A stretch of DNA of 47,902 bases from Schmidtea nova (taxonomy: Eukaryota). Shown in pieces: positions 36,440 through 47,902 of the stretch. The stretch is from positions 111,724,001 through 111,771,902 of the forward strand of contig CM097882.1 of assembly GCA_044892505.1 (NCBI GenBank), read 5' to 3'. Under the pieces are notes generated by a model. It did not search any database. It was not told where the DNA came from and saw nothing but the letters and a program-made list of their open reading frames with translations. The position numbers and the translations under genes were made by a program. Within the stretch, counting starts at the first letter, position 1. Every line of letters starts with the position of its first letter.

Positions 36440-37818
36440 ATTTATAATTTTTTCGAAGGGGGATCCGTGGTGGTTTGACATTTGTCAACAAGCATCATGT
36501 AGTATCCTCCGAAACGACTGAACTTTTATATATTGACATAAATAATTTATACGGGTGGGCTCTAAGTCAAAAATTACCTTATGGTGAATTTAGTTGGATC
36601 ACAGATCAAAATAAATTTAATTAATTAATTAAATTAATGGATGCAGATTTGGTTATTTTGACTTATGACATGACTTTTGAAGTGGATCTTGAAATCCCTT
36701 CAGAAATTCACGATAAATTAAATGATTTTCTGGTTGCAGCAGAGAAAATGTGTGCTCCCGGTTCAAAAGTTGAGAAGTTAATGCTTACACATTATCCAAA
36801 GTTCAACTATGTTGTTCATTGGAGGCTTCTCAAGCTTTTTGTTTCTTTGGGTGTTAAAATAACACGAGTTCATCGGGCTGTTCAGTACAAACAGAAACTC
36901 ATCTTTAAAAAATATATTGATACGAACACTGAACTTAGGGCAGCTTCTTCTACGGCTTTAGATAAAAACTATTACAAACTCTTGAATAATAGTCTTTATG
37001 GGAAAACGGTTGAAAATCTTAAGAAACGACTAAATTTACGACTATGTAATTCAGCATCAAAACTGATTACATATACATCAAAACCTACTTTTAGAAAAAC
37101 TTATAGGATTGACGATGACCTAGTTTCTGTCTTGCTTAATAAGGACTCTGTGTGTTTAGATAGACCCAGCTACATTGGTCAAACTGTACTGGATTTATCA
37201 AAACTTAGGATGTACCAGCTGCAGTATGAAGAGTTACAAAAATATCGTAACGAATTCAACTGCGAAATTAACATCGTTGCTGGTGACACCGATTCATTTT
37301 TTCTTGAGATTAGAAATTGTAAGCTTGATATTCTTTTACCGGCCATGATAAGAGATAACTTACTTGACACTTCTAATTATGATCCGAATCACCCATTATA
37401 CAGTAGGAACCTAGATTCCGTCATTGGTAAATTCAAAGACGAGAATAAAGGATTCAAGTATGATGAGTGGGTATTCCTTAGACCAAAGTGTTATAGTCTT
37501 TTAGGTGATGAAGAGTGCATTAAGGCTAAGGGTATAACATTGAAGGATACTAAACTGAATCATCAGTCGTATCTGGATTGTTATAATAATAAGTCAATAG
37601 TTTCTGTTGATCAGTCGAGAATAGTTAGTAAGAATCATCAACTCTTTACTAATAAATATTCGAAAATTGCCTTGACTAATCTTGATGATAAAAGACTTCG
37701 GGTTGATAAAAATGAAAGTCTTGCATACGGACATTATAAGGGATGTGGCTCGTTTATAGACCAATCAAAAGATCAGGTGTGTGTTCCAGTTTCAGATCTA
37801 TCTCTCAATTTAAATTAA
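36440..37818 (+). pseudogene. polB: 3' half of pPolB (motifs A-C), near-identical to 30458-31837
   Basis: The 393-aa ORF 36637-37818 differs from the left copy at 3 residues; the same TAA precedes it. Confidence 0.93.
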
Positions 37819-40800
37819 ATATCCAATTCAGATTTGTATTGAATAAAACTTTGTTAGAAAATAATTGGTTTCATTATATTTAGTTTTATATTTCTTTAGT
37901 TTATTATGTTTAATTATTTTTAAAGTTTTTATGTATTGTCAAGATTTCAAACGGTTTTATTGTTCAGGGTTTTCATTTTTTTTGTGTCAATCTTTTTATT
38001 TAATGTAAAAATAATTGTTTCTGTTTACAAATATTATTAAATTTCATCTGCTCTTGTAGTTGCACTCTGTAGAATCGTCTTTAAAATTTCGACTATTGTC
38101 ACAATTCTCGCATTCATTTCATCCGTTTTCAAAGTTCTCATATTCGAATTTCTAAAGATCATTTTACAAAAATTATATAATATATCAAAAGTTATCAATT
38201 AATAAACAACTACTCTAAATGTTAGTCAGTACATTAAAACAAAAACGCTGTTCGATTAAGTAAAAACATGTTATCGTGTGTGTTACGGGTAATAATTAAT
38301 GTGTTGAATGTTTTGATGTTATCAACAGTAGTCACTGCCGTTACACAATGACGTATTTACCTTAGCAACAGGTTCCAAGGAGACAATACTTTAATGTGTG
38401 TGTCTACTCTAGCAAAAGGTTCCTCGATGATTATATATTGATATGTGTTTACCCTGGCAAAAGGTTCCTCGGGGAATATATATTGTCGTGTGTATTTTCC
38501 TTGACATCATCTTCCTCGGGGACTATATATTGCTGTGTGTAGTTACCTTAACTACATCTATCATTAAGAATTATATATTGATGTGTATGTATGTATGTTT
38601 ACCCAGGCAACAAGTTCCTCAGGAAAGTCACCCTAATGTGTATATTTACCCTGGAAACAGATTCCTCGAAGAAAATACATTGGTGTGTGTTTACCATAGC
38701 AACATCTTCCCTAGAGATTATATATTGATGTGTGTGTTAACCTTAGCAACATCTTCCCCGGGGATTGTGTATTGATGTGTGTGTTCACCCTAGCAACCGT
38801 TGCTAGTTGAAAAAAAAAGCTTATCTCAATTCCCAACGTTTTTTACAGTTTAGATCTGCGATTTCTAACAGGATGGCTACGAAATATTCATCGGGGTTCC
38901 TACCAAATATTGTGAAAACAATTTAAGACTAATCTAACAAAAATTTTCGTTTCAGAAAAATGTCAAGGTCAACTGCCTGTAAAAAATTAAATTTATATTT
39001 ATGAAAGTAAAGATATTATTTTTGAATAGTAAATGGATAATAAATACATATTTTATTAAGAGAACAACTAATGAAGGGTTGGGGCCGCAAAGAAATACAT
39101 GGTTATTATATGGACCCTTGCCAATAAAGGGTGAAGCATCACTGGTCTAGATGCAAAATGGTAATGGTAAATACTTATAAGGGATTTATAAACGAAAATA
39201 ATAAAAATAATAATGATAATAACAATGATTAACATTACGATAAAAGATAATATTTAAGTAATTAGTCTACATCAGTCTTGTAGAGGATAATTTATGTATT
39301 TCCCAATTGCTAACAACAGTACTTGACAATTCAGTCGGAACAATAGACATTTATATGAGGTAATGAATTTGGGAAAGTTAAATAGATATTTCAAGCGAGA
39401 TTATGTTGCCGGAGTCAGCAAGAGTTTTTCATATTGAAATTGAGGAAAATTATATTTTGAACTCATTTATTAAAATAGGAAACTATCAGTTGTTCACGTC
39501 AGTTGTCGCTGAATTTATGGGAAATTTATCTGTGTTTATTTGCGTAAGAATACAGAATTAATAATAATATCCANNNNNNNNNNNNNNNNNNNNNNNNNNN
39601 NNNNNNNNNNNNNNNNNNNNNNNNNNNNNNNNNNNNNNNNNNNNNNNNNNNNNNNNNNNNNNNNNNNNNNNNNNNNNNNNNNNNNNNNNNNNNNNNNNNN
39701 NNTATTTATTATAATAATTATAATAATAATAATAATTAAATTATAATTAANNNNNNNNNNNNNNNNNNNNNNNNNNNNNNNNNNNNNNNNNNNNNNNNNN
39801 NNNNNNNNNNNNNNNNNNNNNNNNNNNNNNNNNNNNNNNNNNNNNNNNNNNNNNNNNNNNNNNNNNNNNNNNNNNNNNNNNNNNNNNNNNNNNNNNNNNN
39901 NNNNNNNNNNNNNNNNNNNNNNNNNNNNNNNNNNNNNNNNNNNNNNNNNNNNNNNNNNNNNNNNNNNNNNNNNNNNNNNNNNNNNNNNNNNNNNNNNNNN
40001 NNNNNNNNNNNNNNNNNNNNNNNNNNNNNNNNNCATATGCGCGTCCGTATGCAAGTAAATTTTGTATTTTTTAAGTAATTTTGTTTTACTTAATATTTTT
40101 AAGTAATGTGTAAATCAATTTTATTATTAATTATAATTAATAATAATTATTATTATTTAAAATAAATAAAAATATAAAATTTTAATTGTTTATCGGTAGC
40201 AGAGTATTTCTTTGAATATAATAATATAATTAAGAAATAATCTCTAATCTATAAGAGATATAATTTAAATGGTGTTGATATGTCACGTGATTTTTACTGG
40301 TAAGTGCTTTTTAAGCATTTCTTTTGAGAATTTTTTATTTTAATACTGATTTTCATCGCTAAATTAAATTTTTGTTTAACTGAAGTAAATATTTAAATTT
40401 TAAGTGTTATTTTAAAATTTGAAATTTAACACAAATGTCCGTCATTTATTATTATTATTTTTAATATAATAATTTATAATTATTATTGTTGTTAATAAAA
40501 CGTAAAGCTTTATGATACCCAGTGCAAAACCCAAATAGCAGAATGGTTTTTAGAGCTTTTGGCTATCATCAGTGCTATGCAGAAGACGCGAAAATGTCTC
40601 TCCACGCCAGGTAAGTATAAAACAAAGTCGAAACAACTTTGTAATACCATGCCTGATACACTGGATATCACATCACTTGAAAATGCAAAGTCTTACAGAT
40701 AATCTGTAACTTGCAAAAATGGCGCATGAATTTCATATTCGCCTTCGCACTTAAAGTGTTCAACATAAACTGTTTGCAAGTGAACCCAACATCCTTAGCT

Positions 40801-42579
40801 TTATTATTTCGATCACTTGAAATATCATTTGAAAAACATTTGCCAGGTGACTGTTTCTTTTTAAACAAGTAATAAAAAGGTAAAGCTTTGTGATACCCAG
40901 CAGAAAACCCCAATAACCGACTATTTTTGAGCTTTGTGGGTATTTCACTGGGTATGTCAAAGCTTTATCTTTTATTACTTGTTTTAAAACAAACAATTAT
41001 CCCACAAATGTTTTCAAAATTAATATTATTATCATTATTACTAATATTAATACTAAAAATCAAGAAATCTAAGAAAAATGTATTAAATTATAAACAAAAC
41101 AAATTTGGAAAAAGTTGATAATAATGAAAATTGAACGCAATTTACCATATTTTAATACATTGATAAAGGCTCCAATTAATAAACGTATGACAATTTTACA
41201 GGTCTTTGCCACATTTTTCATTGACTATTTGCTTGGCGTTATTGTCAATGTAATTTGTGGTAATGTAAATATTAGTTAAGCCAAAACATTAGTACTACAA
41301 AAACATAAAAGATCTCTTTAATCACTTGACAAAACTAAGTTTTTTATTATAATAATAAGGCAACAGTGTTAATTCTTTCTACGCAATGTTTATTAAATAA
41401 AATTTTTCGATCTTAAAAATATCATGATCACCCCTATACGAAATTCTTTCCAATTGCCTGTGTACTTCTTGCTGGACATTTCATTTCTCCTGAATTTTGA
41501 TTTAATTGTTAATTATTAAAACAAGTTAAGATTTTTTCATGAGACAAATTAAATTTAAATTTAAAATTTTCAAAAATTATTTGACAAATTGAAACTTTTT
41601 AAAACTTAATAATTTCCAATAAATAGAGCGTTTTTTATTTAAAATTTTTTAAAAATTATTACATATAGAATCAATTTTTTTTCCAATAATAAAATGTTCT
41701 AATTTTTAATTAGAACATTTACAAAAATTAAAAACCACTTTTATACAAAAAATAAATCATCTTATCAGCAAAAAGCTTTTTTTATGAATATCTAAAGGAT
41801 AAATCTCACTCTAAATTTACATATTTTAAAATCTTCTTCTTTTTCTCCTTCTTCTTAATATTAATTATTGTTATTATAATTATATTACTTATTGTTACAA
41901 TAACCTTTCAAAAATAAACAATAAACATTCCTTTGAAGAAAAGATGAAACAAGACAAAGTGTATGTTATTAATTAGGTCAAAGTGTTTCATATAATCATA
42001 GATTTCGGTATAACATCACAATAGCTACATAACTGGATCTTGATGTCATTTAAACTGTGTAATATTGTGTGAATAAATAAACCTGGCGCGTCATGGTTTT
42101 GCTTCAAAATAAGAACCATTCTCGATAGTCAACACTTAAATAATAAACTACCAACGCATACGAAACATACATGTTTCACATATAACTCAGGTTTACGTCC
42201 ACTAACATAGTGCTATGTTGTAGGCTCTATGATTAAATTATGATTATTCAATTTAACCGAAATAAAAATTTAAAGAGACTTCCATTAGGTTGGATTACAG
42301 ATGTTGGGTTATCATCAAGTAGTCGGTTGATATCCGACTCCTGTGTTCTTTCTTTAACAATAATGAACTGAACCCAACACAATAATCTTTATTTTCAAAT
42401 TTATCAAACGCCATTTCGATTACACAAAGTTATAAAAATTTTTTTTGCACACTTCAAGCGTTATGGTAGGTAACCTAATGGGACATCTTCCTTTCTGGTA
42501 CGCTTAAGTTAAAATGATATAATTTAAGAATCTATAGGACCTATAAATGTATAAATAGTTAAAGTGGCAAAATGCTATT

Positions 42580-43968
42580 CAATAATACTCGACAAAAATC
42601 CGGATATTAGGTCGTTATCAGATTTGTAACTCAAAATAAAGATACCAGAAATCAAAAATTCACCAACATTCCTTGGGTTTTCACTCTGTAGGAGGCACTA
42701 CCGGACGAGCGCTATTTGAATTCAATATAAATTATTTAAAATTTTTATATTTTAATATTTTTAGATTTACGTGGACAATCTTACGATAACGGTGCAAATA
42801 AGCGAGGTAAGCATAATGGACAGCAACAAATAAATCTAAAATTTAAATCAAAATCTTTCTTTATTCCGTGCGCCGCGCGCTCATTTATTTTAGTAGAGGT
42901 TGATCCAGCTAAAATAATCGGCAAATTATATAATTATTTATCAGAATCCACAAAGCGTAGGGTTATTTTAAAGAAAGATTTCCTGTTTTTTGGTAGTGGA
43001 TTTAATTTAAAACCACTTTCAAATACTAGGTGGGAAAGTAAACCAGAAGCGGTAAAACCACCTAAACATTATATCAAGGAAATTTACCTGGATCTTTTAG
43101 ATATTACGGAAGATGAAACCAAAGATATAAATTCAAGAGTACAGGCAGGCAGGCAATTTTATTTCAAAAAGATGTTTCTTTAAATTTATTTTCTCTCTTT
43201 TTGTTTTGTACGAAATCCTAAATCTCGTAAATGTCGCTAGTAAAATAATGCAAAATCCGACAAAAATGATAGAAAAATCTTGTTTCTATCACACAACCGA
43301 ACAAACCAGCATTTTAAAAACAACATTATTGCGCCAGAATAAAGAATAGCTAATGACCTTGAAATTTGATTCACCTTTCCGGTATTTCAAAAAGAAAAGA
43401 AACAAAAGCATCAGAAGAGACAAAACAAGATGTGAAGCAGAATACTTTTTTTCTACGTTATTTCAGACGCGGGATTTGCTTCAATCAGAAAAGGCGTTAC
43501 ACTCTTGAAACAACATAGCGAGGACTTAAAAGTCATAAAAGACACCAATATATGGAAAGATTAGCGCGATAAAGATTTAATTAAACATTGTAAAAGTTTG
43601 CTTCTAAAACAGTCACGATATTGAAAGGGAAGTTTTATTTGAAAGATTAAAAGCTTTGCAATGTTTTTATAAGAAAAGAGTCGGCACCTATGGATACCTT
43701 AAAATATAGAAATAAAAATGAAATAACTGATACGTTTCCAACTTCAGCAATGTCAATTACTTAACGCAGCCAGTATCTGTAGCACCAGGAAAAAGTTTTT
43801 CAAAACTAAAATTAATACAAAATATTAATTGTGGTCAACTATGTCACGAGAGCGTTTATAACTGATTTGTCAATCATATCAATAGAAAACAGTATTATGG
43901 ACTTTTTAGATATGAAATATACCATTAAAGGATTTGTGGCGGTTAAAGCTAGGCACATAAATATATAA
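42580..43968 (+). pseudogene. Heavily decayed hAT transposase relic
   Basis: Manual translation: LRGQSYDNGAN.RGKHNG, FIPCAARS, LKPLSNTRWES, PVSVAPGKSFSKLKLI, STMSRERL, KAR. Confidence 0.85.
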
Positions 43969-43993
43969 AATTAAACAAACGTATGTATGTGTA

Positions 43994-44200
43994 CAGGCGC
44001 GCACCCATGGGCTCACGGACTTAAGTCCCATTAAAGAACAATAAAAAATGATTAAATTTATTGTGACGTTGAGGATATGCTAAAATTTAGTATATTCTAA
44101 ACGTCACAATAAATTTAATAATTTTTTATTGTTTTGGAGGGTTAGGGGTTAGGGGATAGGGTCAAGCCAGTGATCCCCTCTCCCCCTGGATGCGCGCCTG
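43994..44200. mobile_element. 207-bp hAT MITE
   Basis: TIR CAGGCGCGCA(C/T)CCA; perfect 8-bp TSD tatgtgta at 43986-43993 and 44201-44208. Confidence 0.92.
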
Positions 44201-45015
44201 TATGTGTATTATTTTATGTTGTTTTGTAAATCATATACTATTCAAATTATCTTGTTTGTGTATTAATTTTGTTGTTTAATATATTTACTTTTATTCTTTA
44301 TACTATTAATCTTTCAATAAATAGACTTCAATGAATTGAAGTTAAATCTAATAAAGGGAACTTAAATGAAATTTAATTCAATGTTCAACTATTATTTTTT
44401 TATTGTTTAAATATAAAATACATTTATGCTGAAAGTAACCCGTTTTGTAAACTCTAATTTTAATTTATCTAAAGACGGCAGAAAAGGTTTACACAGGGGC
44501 GCCTAGCACCGATGGCGAGGCACTGCCAGTAATAATAATACTTATTGTTACTGATCAATCCTAAAATTAAGATTTGCTTTTAAAAATCTTAATTTTTTAT
44601 TTCATTGAATCTATGTGTTGTTTTACCGTGTCAATAGTTGACCTTTATTTAATGAAAAGTTAAAAATAAAGCAAATTTTCGGATTTTTTCTTTTGGTTTC
44701 TTTTTAGTGGTGTGTTTTGTGCATTTGTTTTTTGTATATTTTTTGAATGGATTTCAATTAGAAAAAAGCGACATTTGGCTCGTTTGAAATTTATGAATTG
44801 AGCGTGAATATTTCTCAGATTCGGATCATACGATCTATTTTTATATGGATGCTTTAGTTAGAAAATAGGTATTGACTTAAAATAATAATTTTATTCGAAA
44901 GTAATTTTCTTAAATATGGCTAATTCTCTTTTGCTTCAAGATTTGCACACAGAAATAAAGACAATAATTGATTATGACGACAATTTATTATATATACCTC
45001 GACCTACCTAAAGTT

Positions 45016-46332
45016 TCCAGTCAGGCAGTTATTTACATATTGCAGTTTATAATGAACATCTGCAGTGCAAATATGAACAGCAATGGGAACAAAGGCTACC
45101 AGCACCTTCAACATGCTGCATGCGCACATGTACACACACAGAGAATAGGACTTCTCACAACAGACACACAATAGTGATAACAGTTAGTCATTTTAATGAA
45201 GGATTGTAATTTTCTTAGAATATGGCTACTCGGAGAGAGCTTACAGACTTTCAGAAAGGTATTATTTATGGATGTTAACTTTGCGAAAAAAGTCAGAGTG
45301 AAATTAATGCATTGACTTTCCATCCCAAAGGAACTATTAACTACTTCCTGAGAAAGTACCGTTAGGAGCAGACATATGTCAACAAGCAACATTCAGGCCG
45401 CCCTTAACTTCTGAGCATCCGTACACAGCGGCAGCTGAAACGACTTGTGGTGGCTTATCGTCGGTTCCTCCTGTCCAAGTTAGTTTCCACATTTAACACT
45501 TGCCTTGTGCATGCCAGCTGTCCACCATTCGTTGCGCATTACATTTTCATGTTTTCTATGGCAGATACTGCACAAGGAAGCCTTTGATTACAGAAAGAAT
45601 TCGTCATCGTCACTTGAACTGGTGCAGGGAGAGAAGGAGTTGGACAGCAGAACAATGGCGCTCAGTCATTTAGAGTGATGAATCATCTTTCACTATTTTC
45701 AAATCTGATGGACAGCAATTCTGCTGGTGTCGTGTAGGAGAATGATTTCATCCTGACTGCATTCAGGCAACTGTGAGATTTGGATGAGGCTCCATCATGT
45801 TTTGAAGTCTCTTCTCAGCTCGTAGAACTGGCTCTCTAGTGAAGTGCATACCGTGTCATTCTGGAAAATGAGCTTGTTCCATTTCACCCAGAAATTGAGG
45901 GGCTCAATTTCCAACAGATTAATGCACCAATCCATACTTTGCACATTATGAAGGCATTTTTTCTGTAGCACAGCGTCAACGTGTTGGATTGGGTTCCACA
46001 AAGCCCTGACCTGAATCCTATTGAGTTTCTGTGGGACGTTCTTGGTAGACGAGTTCGCAAAAGGATTTCCATTGCCCGTAACGTCTCCAAACTGGAAACG
46101 CATCTGCAATATGAATGGTCACACATCTCCCCTGATCTCCTGGCAAAAGTGATCGATACAATGCCTAAACGAGTGCGCATTGTTATCCAGATGAAAGGTA
46201 ATTTAACGACATACTAACTCTCTCAGGTCTACAGACATTCAGTATTAGTGTGTGTTTGTGTTTGTGTTTGTGACATTTGTTCTCATTGATGTTCATTATA
46301 AACTGCAATATGTAAATAACTGTCTGACTGGA
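45016..46332 (+). mobile_element. Tc1/mariner transposon relic with ~45-bp TIRs
   Basis: 45016-45060 is inverted at 46288-46332 (1 mismatch). Confidence 0.85.
45222..46217 (+). pseudogene. Tc1 transposase, multiple stops and frameshifts
   Basis: MATRRELTDFQKGII, SGRP, SDES, GSIMF, ILENELVPF, FQQIN (second Asp lost), WVPQSPDLNPIEFLW, MPKRVRIVIQMKGNLTTY. Confidence 0.92.
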
Positions 46333-47160
46333 GNNNNNNNNNNNNNNNNNNNNNNNNNNNNNNNNNNNNNNNNNNNNNNNNNNNNNNNNNNNNNNNNNNN
46401 NNNNNNNNNNNNNNNNNNNNNNNNNNNNNNNNNNNNNNNNNNNNNNNNNNNNNNNNNNNNNNNNNNNNNNNNAATTGATCTAAGATGAAGATGGAAAAAT
46501 CAAAGCTTTGTTTATGTCAACAAATGAAATTAGAATAAATTACTTATTACAACATCGACTAAAATGAATCGTTATTGAGAATGAAAAAATGAAAGAAATT
46601 GAATTGAGATCTATTCAATTGTCAACCAATCAGCTAACAGTTTTAGATTTATCAGCAATGTGAATGAAATGCAACTGAATAAATGGGAAACAGAACCCGT
46701 AGCATGTAGAATTGAATGTAAAATTATATTAATCAATTTGATTAACGGATTAGGCCTGCCAGATTTACAGTGTTGCAATCAGTTGCTATGATAGTTGGTT
46801 GGCTTCAAAGAGTTTAAATGGGTTTTTAATATTTGAGATTCAGTTAACAGGGGAAAGATGAAACCGTTTCCTACTGCTGGAAAATGTGTAGATATATCCA
46901 ATAGGATGTACAGAGTATTGATATAATTGACATCCAAATGATACCTGGTAGTTAAAGAAATTGAATATCTAAATCTGGACATAAACATTTTCTTCCATTT
47001 GCTTCCAATCTATATTTCAAAAATATCGGTTTAAAAGAAGAATTATATATTACTGAAAATGGGGAGGCTCCAGAATCATCAAAGATCAAGCGGTACATAG
47101 GCAATAAAGTCCTGGTTTAAAAAAACATACAAAAATAAGTTAATAAAAATAATTATAAAT

Positions 47161-47330
47161 AAAATAAGCCTTTGCTGCAAAATAAATTTAAATAATTCTT
47201 ATCAATCTTCAAATTGAGATTGATAAGAATTATTTTATAATAGAAAATTTTCACATAATAAAGCATTTGGCAGCAACGGCTTATTTTGTCATTTATTAAT
47301 TATTTAATTTATGCGGCTACCAAGAAATCA
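47161..47330. repeat. Degenerate inverted pair of the third PLE 3' end/HHR-like family
   Basis: ttcttatcaatct/agattgataagaa inverted; TTGATAA..ATTAT-TTT-ATAAT..GAAAATTTTC and gcagcaa.ggcttattttgt match 27875-27945. Confidence 0.55.
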
Positions 47331-47902
47331 CCATTTTAAAAACAATTATAATAATAATAATAATAATATCAATAATAATAATTATTATAATGATAATAAA
47401 AATAAATAATTATGTTATGCAGATAATTTTATAAAATATTAATAATAAAAAGATAAATGACTGTTTTAATATTTTTTTTTGATTTTTTTCCAAAATAAAA
47501 TAAAAATTTCAAAGTTTTGCGTGACAAAAACTCAATTTCTGGATTGATGAAATTCGGTAAATCTCAATTTATCAATTACTAAAATATTTTTTTTTCGAAA
47601 GATTTTTATCTTGATAAAGTTTAAGGATAAATTCAGCGTCGATTTATTAATTGAATTGAATGATGGTGACGTTCCGTCAATGGGCAGCCTATCATTTCCT
47701 AACTGGGGTCGGGGACTCCTACGTCTGCTATAATATTAAATGACAGTGTAGCCGTAAACTTAATAGTGCAAAAGGTGTGAACAACTATTGGAGGGGCATT
47801 ATTAAGACAAGAATCACGGTTGTTACTTTTTTACAATGGACACTGTCATTTGCATTTCCTTCTCAACTTTAATGCCACCTTAATGATAAATCAAATTATA
47901 TC

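Larger units (their letters stand above)
36087..38815 (+). mobile_element. Second polB element copy, internally deleted and oppositely oriented
   Basis: Starts AGTAGGGATAGTGAGGACAC at 36087; 36440-38815 is the reverse complement of 29462-31837 with scattered SNPs; lacks the outermost 29 bp. Confidence 0.75.

Noticed and set aside
44140-44160. Telomere-like GGTTAGGGGTTAGGG
   Set aside because: Only two imperfect units, inside a MITE; not an interstitial telomere array.
45795-46109. Minus-strand ORF suggesting an internal inversion of the Tc1 transposase
   Set aside because: The plus strand translates to canonical Tc1 text (FSARRTGSLVKC, ILENELVPF, FQQINAPIHT) with frameshifts, so there is no inversion.
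46490-47110. Possible host-gene exons near the right end
   Set aside because: Only short ORFs with no recognisable domain and no consistent splice structure by eye.

Overview
AT-rich eukaryotic DNA, probably from an invertebrate animal, with many N blocks of irregular length that look like masking. No host gene or structural RNA gene can be called with confidence; the window is a nest of mobile elements. (i) Penelope-like retroelements (PLE; RT plus C-terminal GIY-YIG) of at least three families, whose 3' ends carry minimal hammerhead ribozyme (HHR) motifs. One is a U3-A8 core variant present about 10 times, mostly as solo head-to-head pairs. (ii) A 3'-truncated Ty3/Gypsy element with a tRNA-Leu PBS. 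(iii) A full-length hAT transposon (15005-20836, 8-bp TSD) with a palindromic PLE nested inside it, plus a second hAT relic, a hAT MITE and a Tc1 relic. (iv) A Polinton/Maverick-type protein-primed polB pseudogene present as a 2.4-kb inverted pair, with short AGTAGG termini. Related AGTAGG-terminated elements carry arrays of E2F, AP-1 and PAR/CEBP bZIP consensus motifs. Three kb-scale inverted duplications are present. The breakpoint of one falls on the predicted self-cleavage site of a hammerhead, suggesting ribozyme-linked transduction of flanking DNA. All structure calls and alignments were made by eye.
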